Shown one piece after another: positions 1-8,766 of a stretch of DNA of 64,000 nucleotides; positions within the stretch are counted from its first letter, which is position 1, and each line of letters begins with the position of its first letter. Position numbers and translations under genes: made by a program. The stretch is from assembly GCA_902528415.1 (NCBI GenBank), contig CABZSR010000008.1, positions 8,832-72,831 of the forward strand, read 5' to 3'. Below the pieces are notes generated by a model, which made no database searches, was not told where the DNA came from, and saw only the letters and a list, made by a program, of their open reading frames with translations. This stretch comes from an uncultured SAR116 cluster alpha proteobacterium. Lineage in GTDB: Bacteria > Pseudomonadota > Alphaproteobacteria > Puniceispirillales > Marisalimonadaceae.

Positions 1-182
1 ACCCAGGTATTGTTTTTAACCTTTTCTGTTTTAACACCTGGAAGATCAACCGGTAATTTTGCTCTATTAAAAACAGCACATTCGTATAAATCATCGTCAA
101 CAATTTGTGTGAAACTTAAAACATAATAATTATAATCTAATTGACATTTTCCATCGATAAATTTTAGTTCATTAAATTTCAT
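1..182 (-). CDS. Hypothetical protein, 5' part only (runs off window start)
   Basis: Manual translation from ATG at 182: MKFNELKFIDGKCQLDYNYYVLSFTQIVDDDLYECAVFNRAKLPVDLPGVKTEKVKNNTW..., open to the edge; same strand as 260-646. Confidence 0.55.
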   Translation of the reverse strand, partial: MKFNELKFIDGKCQLDYNYYVLSFTQIVDDDLYECAVFNRAKLPVDLPGVKTEKVKNNTW

Positions 183-259
183 ATTTTATTCTTTTCTTAT
201 AAAACTATTTGAATTATTTATAATTAAATTCTGTTATGATCTCAAAAAATGAATATTAT

Positions 260-646
260 TTAGAAAAATTTACAATAAAATTTTTCTGGCATTTTTTTTA
301 GTTTTATTGTTCCTTCGCTCAATAATACTGGTTTAAGCTCTCTAGTATTTCTGTCTAGGTGCCACGCAAAATCCACACCTAGAAATTGATATTTATCTTC
401 AAATAAAATAAATGATGACGGTTTTTGTCCAACCACTTCACCAATAATAATGAAATTACCTTTAATTTTCTTATAAACTTGAGAAAATAAGTTTGTATTT
501 TCTTTTTTAAATTGAAATTCGATTAAATTTGATTTTGATTTATTATAACAAGTTAAATTAGCTAGCCTTGTTTCAGCATGTAATTTTGTAGCAAGAATAA
601 AAAAGAAAAGTATTATCAATTTAATTACAATTTTCATTATACTCAT
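260..646 (-). CDS. Small exported hypothetical protein
   Basis: N-terminal hydrophobic signal peptide ending LHA; only two Cys, near each end of the mature chain; family not recognised. Confidence 0.7.
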   Translation of the reverse strand: MSIMKIVIKLIILFFFILATKLHAETRLANLTCYNKSKSNLIEFQFKKENTNLFSQVYKKIKGNFIIIGEVVGQKPSSFILFEDKYQFLGVDFAWHLDRNTRELKPVLLSEGTIKLKKMPEKFYCKFF

Positions 647-701
647 AAATCATACTTTTAAATAATTTTCAATTAACTAAAGTATAAAGTAGGAGATAAA
701 A

Positions 702-1349
702 GTGGATAAATTAACTGAACGCCTCTCAAAATGCTACGCTAGCGCTGTTCATGATGTGTTAAGAGAAAAAGGTTTTGAAAATTGTGTCCTCCCTCCAGAA
801 ATACAGGCTCTAAAAAGGGGGCAAAAATTGTTTGGAGAGGTTTTCACTATTTCTGGTCATATAGATTATACACTTTCAAGGCATGAATCACTCCTTTTAT
901 GGTCGCAAGTGTTATCAAAAGTTCCAAATAAAAAAGTAATTGTTTGTCAACCTAACACTCATTCTGTTGCTCTAATGGGAGAACTATCTGCTCGTGCTCT
1001 TATGGTTAAAGAAACTAAAGGATACTTGATGGATGGGCATTGTAGAGATGTTGAAGAAATAATAGAAGCAAATTTTCCAGTTTTTTGTAGACTATCTACA
1101 GCCGCCGATATAGTTGAAAGGTGGAAATATCACTCTCTGGGTCATCCAATAACTATTGGTACAGTCACAATTTGTTCGGGGGACTTCATAATAGGTGATA
1201 TGGATGGCGCAGTTATTATACCTAAAAAGGTTGTAGAAGAGGTTATAACCAAGACTGAAAATGTGATGTTTACAGAAAATGAAATGAGAAAAGCAATCTT
1301 AAGTGGGATGGATCCTGAACAAGCTTACCTTAAATTTAGAAAATTTTAA
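702..1349 (+). CDS. RraA-family / HMG-CHA aldolase-like protein
   Basis: GTG start with SD AGGAG; G-E-X20-R-D motif (GELSARAL...DGHCRD); GDFIIGDMDGAV. Confidence 0.85.
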   Translation: MDKLTERLSKCYASAVHDVLREKGFENCVLPPEIQALKRGQKLFGEVFTISGHIDYTLSRHESLLLWSQVLSKVPNKKVIVCQPNTHSVALMGELSARALMVKETKGYLMDGHCRDVEEIIEANFPVFCRLSTAADIVERWKYHSLGHPITIGTVTICSGDFIIGDMDGAVIIPKKVVEEVITKTENVMFTENEMRKAILSGMDPEQAYLKFRKF

Positions 1350-1398
1350 TTTGTACAATAATTTTTCAATATTCAACTAATAATGGTCATATTAATAA

Positions 1399-2712
1399 AT
1401 GATCATTAACAGAAAAAAAATATGGTCTTTATCATGGCCATTGATAATTGCTAATTTTACTATTCCACTTGTTGGATTGACTGACACTATCATTATGGGG
1501 CATATGCCTGATAGCGTTTATATTGCAGCAATTGCAATCGGCGGCATTATTTTTAACTTTATGTACGCTGGTCTAAATTTCTTAAGAATGGGTACTACGG
1601 GGATTGTTGCTCAAAATTTTGGAAGTAATAATTTTGAAGAAGTTTTTTTCAGTTTACTAAGACTATTAATAATAGCTTTTACAATTGGTATTATATTATT
1701 TCTGCTTAAAAATTATTTATATGATTTATCAATCTATTTTTTAACTCCGAATGAGCAAGTTCAAGAATTTTACAAAGAATATCTGTTTGTAAGAATGATT
1801 GGATTACCAGCAGGATTATTAAATATAGTTTTTCTAGGTTGGTTTTTTGGAATGCAAAAAACAAAATCAGTTATGTTGCAATTAATTACGATCAATATTG
1901 TAAATATTATTGCATCACTCTATTTAGCAGTTTTTCTAGATTATGGAATATTTGGAGTAGCTTTAGGAAGTGTAATCGCTCAATGTTCAGGACTTATTTT
2001 ATCTATAATAATTTTCATGTACTATTATTATAAGTTCAATTTTAGATCCTATAAACTTTATAAAATATTAAATATGGGTAGTTTTTTAAATTTATTTTCA
2101 ATTAGTAGACATTTATTTTTAAGAACCATGTTGTTAGTAGCTGTTCAAGCCTACGTAATTAAAAAAGCTGGATTAATAGGTGTTGATCAACTTGCTACTA
2201 TTGAAATTTTACTAGTTATCTTTAGTTTGTCATCATATTCCTTAGATGCTTTTGCTCATTCTGCTGAGTCAACTGTTGGTGTTTCTATAGGTTCGAAAAA
2301 TAAACTTAATATTTTAAAAGCAATTAGAAACACAACAGAGTTGGCCTTAATGTTTTCAATCATTATAGGAATAATTTTATATGTTTTTAACTTTTACATA
2401 ATTGCACTATTTACCGATATAACAATTTTAAGAAACCTAACAAATGAGTTGTGGGGATTAGTTGTCATAACACCCTTTATTTCAATGTTAGCCTTTCAAT
2501 TAGATGGTATTTTCATAGGCGCAACTTTAGCTAAAGAAATGAGAAATTGTATAATATTCTCATCCATTATTTTTTATTTAATTTTAGAATATTTTATAAC
2601 AGATAACTTAGATTTAAAAAGTTTATATTCATGCTTTCTCTTTTTTTTAATTCTAAGAGGTTTCTTTCTAACTATTTATTTACCTCGAGTATTTAAGTTG
2701 GTTAAAAATTAA
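1399..2712 (+). CDS. MATE-family efflux transporter (DinF-like)
   Basis: PLVGLTDT and FLRMGTTG motifs, LDGIFIGA, ~12 hydrophobic segments. Confidence 0.9.
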   Translation: MIINRKKIWSLSWPLIIANFTIPLVGLTDTIIMGHMPDSVYIAAIAIGGIIFNFMYAGLNFLRMGTTGIVAQNFGSNNFEEVFFSLLRLLIIAFTIGIILFLLKNYLYDLSIYFLTPNEQVQEFYKEYLFVRMIGLPAGLLNIVFLGWFFGMQKTKSVMLQLITINIVNIIASLYLAVFLDYGIFGVALGSVIAQCSGLILSIIIFMYYYYKFNFRSYKLYKILNMGSFLNLFSISRHLFLRTMLLVAVQAYVIKKAGLIGVDQLATIEILLVIFSLSSYSLDAFAHSAESTVGVSIGSKNKLNILKAIRNTTELALMFSIIIGIILYVFNFYIIALFTDITILRNLTNELWGLVVITPFISMLAFQLDGIFIGATLAKEMRNCIIFSSIIFYLILEYFITDNLDLKSLYSCFLFFLILRGFFLTIYLPRVFKLVKN

Positions 2713-2776
2713 ATATATATTCTAAAAGAATTTTAACTTAAAAATGTTTATAATAATTAGATAAGTACATAAATAA

Positions 2777-3214
2777 ATGGGAAATCAAGAAGAATTAAAT
2801 AAGCTGTCTTTTAGGCGTATGATTTTGGTGATGGCTTTTATATCAATATTAATATCTTTAATTCCTAGCATTTTCAATTTTGAGAAATATTATGGTTTAA
2901 GTCGATTTGTTGATCAAGGTATTATAAGTAGTTATTTAGACAATGAGTTTGAATTATATCTAACAATTTTCATGTCTATTTTTTCTTTAACAAGCTATAT
3001 CTTAATTTATTTCTTTGTGCCTTTCGGAAATTACATTTTCTTAGTATATCTGATATTTAATTTTATAATTGTTATGTTTGGAGGAGATCAAATTAATTAT
3101 GGATTTTTATATCCATTAGAGTGGTTTAAGAACGTTTCAGAGGCTTTTTTATTATATTGGATGTTTTTTGGTAATGTAAAAGACCATTTTCTATTCAAAA
3201 AAAATATTTCTTAA
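2777..3214 (+). CDS. Hypothetical integral membrane protein (~4 TM)
   Basis: 145-aa ORF with several hydrophobic stretches; fills the intergenic space. Confidence 0.7.
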   Translation: MGNQEELNKLSFRRMILVMAFISILISLIPSIFNFEKYYGLSRFVDQGIISSYLDNEFELYLTIFMSIFSLTSYILIYFFVPFGNYIFLVYLIFNFIIVMFGGDQINYGFLYPLEWFKNVSEAFLLYWMFFGNVKDHFLFKKNIS

Positions 3215-3237
3215 ACTTTAATTATGAAGGATATTCT

Positions 3238-3816
3238 ATGGAATTTAATATAAGAAAAGTCATTTTATTAAAAGAAGAGATTTTTCATGAAAATGGACCT
3301 GTTCAGATTATACCTAGACTGAGAGGAGCTGCCATTGCTATTGTTGCCAATCCATATGCAGGTAAATACCATGAAGATTTGCAATCAGGAACAGAAAATC
3401 TTAAGGAGCTTGGTTTAATGCTAACTGACAGGCTTATATCTTCACTAGGTGGGATCAAAGGTATTGATGGATATGGAAAAGCCGCTTTGGCGGGAGAAAA
3501 TGGAGAATTAGAGCACACTGCTTTATGGCATGTTCCAGGGGGATATGCAATGCGGCAAAGATTGAGTAATTCTAAAGCAATAGTTCCTTCAGCTATGAAA
3601 GTGGCAGGTATGGGATCTTCAATTGATATTCCCTGAGGGCATACTAATGCAGCATATGTAAGAAGTCATTTTGATGCATATGAAGTTAATGTAACTGACA
3701 GTCCGCGAGCCAATGAAATCATGTTTTGCTTAGCAATGACTAAAGGGCCTAGGATACACAATAGAATGGGTGGGTTGGAAGCAAAAGATATCTTAGGCGA
3801 AGATGGTTTGAGATAA
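3238..3816 (+). pseudogene. AA_synth/DUF1185-family protein interrupted by an in-frame TGA (3634-3636)
   Basis: NPYAG, GYGK, GELEH motifs before the stop; the same frame continues GHTNAAYVRSHFD...GGLEAKDILGEDGLR to TAA at 3816, giving a typical ~192-aa length. Confidence 0.8.
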
Positions 3817-3821
3817 CTAAA

Positions 3822-4745
3822 TTATATAATTTTATGAACGTAAGTTTCATCATATCTTTGAGATAAATATTCACCCGCTACAAGATTTTTTTTATTAGAG
3901 ATAATAGTATCATATTGAGGATTAAAGAAAAATGGTATTGAAAACCTTTCCTTATTAGTTCCTATAACTTTATGCGGTGTTGCTCTAATTTTTTGATCTG
4001 ACCAAATCTCAAGCATGTCTCCAAAATTTATTATTATTTCATTTTTTTTTGCAGTTACCGGCTCCCATTTTTTTGAAGGGAGTTCTACTTCTAATCCAGG
4101 TGTTCCGTCTGTAAATAAGAGGGTTAAACAGCCATAATCAGTATGTGGAGCAATCCCAAAATCATTATCAGTAAGTTCTTTAGATCTTTTGGGATAGTAA
4201 TTACATCTGAGTAGTGCCATAGGAAGATTAAACTTATCTGCAAAGTAATTAGCCGAATAGTTAAGTGAAATTTCAATTTGTTTTAAAATAGAAATTGAAA
4301 TTTGACTACATAAATTATAAAATTCCATAATGCTTTTTTCAAAAAATGGAATTTTATCTGGCCAAATATTTTTTGAATAATAAGGTAAATTTTGAAACTT
4401 ATGTTCAACTGTTATTTTTGGCCCACAGTCAAATATTTCTTTATTATCAGGATTGAAATCTGAGTTAACTTGTTCTGCTTTTATGCCACCCCAACCTCTG
4501 TTTGAAGCTGTCTTTGACATGTTAACTTTATTTTTTTCGTTAAAACTTTGTTTAAAAAATGTTTTGTATAAAGAAAAAACATTTGCAATTTTATTACTAT
4601 TAATAGGATAATTTTTCATTATTAAAAAACCATATTCATTCACGGCAACTCTTAGTTTTTTAAGTTCTTTATAATTATCATCCTGATTATTATTACATAA
4701 TAAGTTATAATCTATTCTTGGAATTTGGTTTGACATAAAAATCAC
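3822..4745 (-). CDS. 2-oxoglutarate/Fe(II) dioxygenase, isopenicillin N synthase-like family
   Basis: HTD...H facial triad (PHTDYG, ATPHKV), RFS 2OG-binding motif, N-terminal IPxID and GF motifs; start may be an internal ATG. Confidence 0.9.
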   Translation of the reverse strand: MIFMSNQIPRIDYNLLCNNNQDDNYKELKKLRVAVNEYGFLIMKNYPINSNKIANVFSLYKTFFKQSFNEKNKVNMSKTASNRGWGGIKAEQVNSDFNPDNKEIFDCGPKITVEHKFQNLPYYSKNIWPDKIPFFEKSIMEFYNLCSQISISILKQIEISLNYSANYFADKFNLPMALLRCNYYPKRSKELTDNDFGIAPHTDYGCLTLLFTDGTPGLEVELPSKKWEPVTAKKNEIIINFGDMLEIWSDQKIRATPHKVIGTNKERFSIPFFFNPQYDTIISNKKNLVAGEYLSQRYDETYVHKII

Positions 4746-4791
4746 TTTTATAAATAATTTATCATATGAATTAAATTATATTTGTGAAGTA

Positions 4792-6294
4792 TTATTTAGT
4801 TGTTGTAGTATTTATAAAATCAATTGCTTTAGCAAAAATAAGTTTTTTTCTATCAACATTCATCCTCTCTAAAGATTTCACTAAAATTGCTAGTCTTGGA
4901 TTATTTTTGAAAAAAGAAATATTTTCACTCATAAACATCCAGTACAAGCCATCAACTACATCACACCAATCATCTTTTTTGTAATTACTCATTTTTAAAA
5001 TATAATTTGATCCACAAGAATATGGTTTTGTAGCAAATATACCTCCATCTGCAAAAGTCCCCATTCCATAAACATTTGGAACCATTACCCAATCTGAGGA
5101 ATCCACAAACATTTCCATAAACCATCTGTAGATTTCATCTGGATGTATTTTTGATAGATTCATTATATTGCATATGACCATTAATCTAGGAATATGGTGG
5201 GTATATCCAAATTTAAGACAGTCTTTTATTGCATCATCCAATGGATCTATTCCTGTAGTTCCTTCGTACCAATCTTTTGTTAATTTTCGTTGATGGTTCC
5301 AGAAGTTTGAATTAATTTCTTCATTACCTTTATAGTGGTATATGCCTCTTATAAATTCTCTCCATCCAATAATTTGACGAATAAATCCTTCCAAGGAATT
5401 AATAGGAACTGATTTTAATTGAGAGAATTCTAGCGCCTTTTTAATCACCTCATCTGGAGTTATTAAACCCATGTTAAGAATAGGACTGATAGCACTATGA
5501 AAAAGAAAGTTGTTCTCTGATATAATTGCATCCTCATAACTGCCAAAATTTGCAAATTTATTTTCAAAAAAATTATTCAACCACATTAATGATTCTTCTC
5601 TGTCAGTTGGCATCCACAAATAATCTGTAGATCCAGGATGGTCATGAAAGAAAGAATTTATTGTTAATTTTAAGGATTTAAATTTTTTGTCATCTTGGGT
5701 TGGGGGTATTTTAGGGATATCAATATTTTTTGGTAATTTTTTTCTATTATCTTCGTCATATGACCATTTTCCACCTAAAGGTTTATTTTGATCATCAATT
5801 AATATGGACAATTTTTGACGTATTTTTTGATAAAAACTAGCCATTCTTATTAATTTTTTTTGACTTTTCAAAAATTCCTTAAATTCTAACCTTGATGTTA
5901 AAAACATTGGGTTGTTAATGGTTTCATGATTTAGTTTGTTTACAAAGACGAAGTTGTTAAATCTTTTTTCAAAAAAATGGTCTTCAATCTCAAAGTATTT
6001 AATCCTAGAGATATCTTCTTTTTTTATTACCTTTAAAAATTTATCTTCGAAAATATCCTTAAAGTTATCATCATCGATAGAATGATAATATACCTCATAT
6101 CCATTTTTAACTAAATTGTCCCTATATTTTCTCATAGACCAGAGAAACATCAAAATTTTTAATTTATGATGCTTATGTTCAGTAGTTAAACCAAAATCTT
6201 CGGCCATAAATATTTTGTTAACATTAGTTTTTTTGATATGTTCTAAAGGGAATAATTGATTACCAAGAATTAGTAGAATTTCATTTTCGGACAT
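4792..6294 (-). CDS. Bacterial (6-4) photolyase / CryPro-type cryptochrome-photolyase, apparently lacking the Fe-S cluster
   Basis: LILGNQLF, HHKLK, GGKWSYDEDNR, EGFIRQIIGWREF, HHIPRLMV, KPY motifs of the PhrB/CryB clade. Confidence 0.9.
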   Translation of the reverse strand: MSENEILLILGNQLFPLEHIKKTNVNKIFMAEDFGLTTEHKHHKLKILMFLWSMRKYRDNLVKNGYEVYYHSIDDDNFKDIFEDKFLKVIKKEDISRIKYFEIEDHFFEKRFNNFVFVNKLNHETINNPMFLTSRLEFKEFLKSQKKLIRMASFYQKIRQKLSILIDDQNKPLGGKWSYDEDNRKKLPKNIDIPKIPPTQDDKKFKSLKLTINSFFHDHPGSTDYLWMPTDREESLMWLNNFFENKFANFGSYEDAIISENNFLFHSAISPILNMGLITPDEVIKKALEFSQLKSVPINSLEGFIRQIIGWREFIRGIYHYKGNEEINSNFWNHQRKLTKDWYEGTTGIDPLDDAIKDCLKFGYTHHIPRLMVICNIMNLSKIHPDEIYRWFMEMFVDSSDWVMVPNVYGMGTFADGGIFATKPYSCGSNYILKMSNYKKDDWCDVVDGLYWMFMSENISFFKNNPRLAILVKSLERMNVDRKKLIFAKAIDFINTTTTK

Positions 6295-6301
6295 TTAATT
6301 G

Positions 6302-7477
6302 TTACTCGTATACAGATAAATTAGTGGTGTTTGATTTTATAAAATCCCAGTCATATTTTACACCTAATCCAATACCGTTTGGAACAGAAACATAACCTTC
6401 ATTATCAATACAATCAATCATATCAGTATAACCACACTTATAAACAGGTGCCATTGTGTTCGGACAATCAGGTCCAACAAGGGCTACCTCATAGTAATTA
6501 GAGTTTCTAGTAGCTGCCATTACGTGTCTATGTGCAGGCCCACATGCGTGCACTTCTACATCTATTCCAAATGCTTCTCCTAAATGTGAAATTTTCATTG
6601 CACCTGTTATACCCATATCATACTCAGGGTCTGATCTTAAAAAATCAGTGCCTCCAGCAATTAAAAAATCACATTTAGTTTCAATACCTCTTATATGTTC
6701 AGTTTGTAAAATGGGTGTTTTTAACATCTCCCTTAGACGTTTATGAGAAAAAGCTGATATACCACTATCCCTGTATGGGTCTTCTAACCAAAAAAAGTTT
6801 GCTTCATCACAAGCTTTTCCAACATATAAAGCATCAGCAAATGTTCTAAGTTGGCATGCGGGATCAAGCATTAAATTCATCTTATCTCCAACTTCTTTGG
6901 CAACATGTAAAACATTGTCAGCTTCTTCTTTTCTATCACCTTCATGCCATCCATGTATCTTAAATGCTTTATATCCTAATTCAAAACATTGTTGGGCAAA
7001 TTCACTAAAAGCCTCTTTGCTATCTAGGCCTCCATTTCTATCACCATGATAAGTGCTAGCATATGCGGGAAGACGTTTTCTATAACTTCCAAGTAATACA
7101 CCAATAGAACAATTTAATTTTTTTCCTGTCCAATCCCATAAAGCAATATCCAGAGGGCCGTGACCCATATGATCAAATTGTCTAAGTTCTCTTTTAAAAT
7201 CATCATAGATTTTTTCTCTTTCATCAGCATTATATTCTAATAATTTTGGAGCTAACATTTTAGATTGTGCACAAGCTACTTGATTTCCTCCCCAATGAGT
7301 CACATACTCACCTCTGCATCCGTCTTTGGTTTCGATAATAATCGCGTATTTATCAAGTTTTATAGACTGACCCTTCGAAAAGCCAACTGCACCTATAGTA
7401 TTTGCATTAGTTAAAAGACCAAGATTATTTGCAGTATGAGTAAATTCGTGTATTTCAACTCTGATAATTTTATTCAT
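6302..7477 (-). CDS. Enolase superfamily (mandelate racemase-like) enzyme, substrate unknown
   Basis: DIALWD, AYAS, KxH (FKIH), metal ligands in LMLD, WLEDP, TE; HACG. Confidence 0.9.
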   Translation of the reverse strand: MNKIIRVEIHEFTHTANNLGLLTNANTIGAVGFSKGQSIKLDKYAIIIETKDGCRGEYVTHWGGNQVACAQSKMLAPKLLEYNADEREKIYDDFKRELRQFDHMGHGPLDIALWDWTGKKLNCSIGVLLGSYRKRLPAYASTYHGDRNGGLDSKEAFSEFAQQCFELGYKAFKIHGWHEGDRKEEADNVLHVAKEVGDKMNLMLDPACQLRTFADALYVGKACDEANFFWLEDPYRDSGISAFSHKRLREMLKTPILQTEHIRGIETKCDFLIAGGTDFLRSDPEYDMGITGAMKISHLGEAFGIDVEVHACGPAHRHVMAATRNSNYYEVALVGPDCPNTMAPVYKCGYTDMIDCIDNEGYVSVPNGIGLGVKYDWDFIKSNTTNLSVYE

Positions 7478-7605
7478 TTTCTTTTCCTAATAAAATTTGA
7501 ATAGACAAAATTTAAAAAACTTATATGTTTTTTATTCTTTATATTTATTACTTTGAATTATTATTCAAAATTACTTATTAACATTATGTATGTAAAGGAC
7601 ATAAA

Positions 7606-8754
7606 ATGAATTTAAAAGATTGCTATAACTTTCAAGATTTTAGAAGATTAGCAAAAAAACGCCTTCCTTCACCAATTTTTCATTATATTGATGGCGCTGC
7701 TGATGATGAGGTTACGTATAATAGAAATACTGCGGCATATAATGATGCTGACTTAGTTCCAAATGTATTGAGAGGTGTAGAAAATGTTGATTTATCAACA
7801 ACTATTTTTGGCAAAAAATTAGATTTACCATTTTATTGTGCACCAACTGCTTTACAAAGACTTTTCCATTATGACGGAGAGAGAGCCGTTGGTAAAGCTG
7901 CTCAAAAATTTGGAACTATGTTTGGTGTTTCGTCTCTTGGAACCGTAAGTGTAGAAGAGATTTCATCAATAGTTTCAACACCTAAAATGTTTCAATTTTA
8001 TTTTCATAAAGACAGAGGGTTAAATGATAGTATGCTTGAGAGAGTTAAAGCAGCTAAATTTGATGTTTTGGCTTTAACTGTTGATACTATTACTGGTGGT
8101 AACCGAGAAAGAGACCTCAGAACAGGTTTCACATCCCCGCCTAGATTAACTCTGTCAAGTCTATTTAGTTTTGCTTCTAAACCCATGTGGGGGATAAACT
8201 ATTTAACAAAACCAAAATTTGAATTGCCTCAACTGCAAGATCATGTAAGCGAAGGAACTAATACGGCAACTTCGATTGGCTCTTATTTTACTACAATGCT
8301 AGATCAATCTATGAATTGGAAAGATGCAGAACGTTTAAGTTCAAAATGGGGAGGACATTTTGCATTAAAAGGCATTATGAGTGTTGAGGATGCAAAAAAA
8401 GCTGTAGATATTGGATGTACTGGAATAATGGTTTCAAACCATGGAGGACGACAACTAGATGGTGCACGGGCTCCTTTTGATCAACTAGCAGAAATAGTTG
8501 ATGCTGTTGGTGATAAGATTGATGTTATTTGTGAGGGAGGTATTCAAAGAGGTACACATATGTTAAAGGCTCTTTCCTTAGGAGCAAAGGCCTGTTCTGG
8601 AGGTAGGTTGTATTTATACGCTCTGGCATCTGCCGGTCAAGAAGGAGTTGAAAAAGCATTAGGTATTTATCGAACCGAACTTGAAAGAGATATGAAATTA
8701 ATGGGATGTAAAAGTATAAAAGAATTAAATAGATCTAATATTAAGTTAAGATGA
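7606..8754 (+). CDS. lldD: FMN-dependent alpha-hydroxy acid dehydrogenase (L-lactate dehydrogenase-like)
   Basis: VSNHGGRQLD signature, LTVD, NRERDLR. Confidence 0.85.
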   Translation: MNLKDCYNFQDFRRLAKKRLPSPIFHYIDGAADDEVTYNRNTAAYNDADLVPNVLRGVENVDLSTTIFGKKLDLPFYCAPTALQRLFHYDGERAVGKAAQKFGTMFGVSSLGTVSVEEISSIVSTPKMFQFYFHKDRGLNDSMLERVKAAKFDVLALTVDTITGGNRERDLRTGFTSPPRLTLSSLFSFASKPMWGINYLTKPKFELPQLQDHVSEGTNTATSIGSYFTTMLDQSMNWKDAERLSSKWGGHFALKGIMSVEDAKKAVDIGCTGIMVSNHGGRQLDGARAPFDQLAEIVDAVGDKIDVICEGGIQRGTHMLKALSLGAKACSGGRLYLYALASAGQEGVEKALGIYRTELERDMKLMGCKSIKELNRSNIKLR

Positions 8755-8766
8755 ATTCAAAATTAC

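Noticed and set aside
3634-3636. Genome-wide TGA reassignment (code 4 or 25)
   Set aside because: TGA terminates lldD, pdxJ, lolC/E, uppS, skp and fabZ at expected lengths; Trp is TGG throughout; no other in-frame TGA was seen
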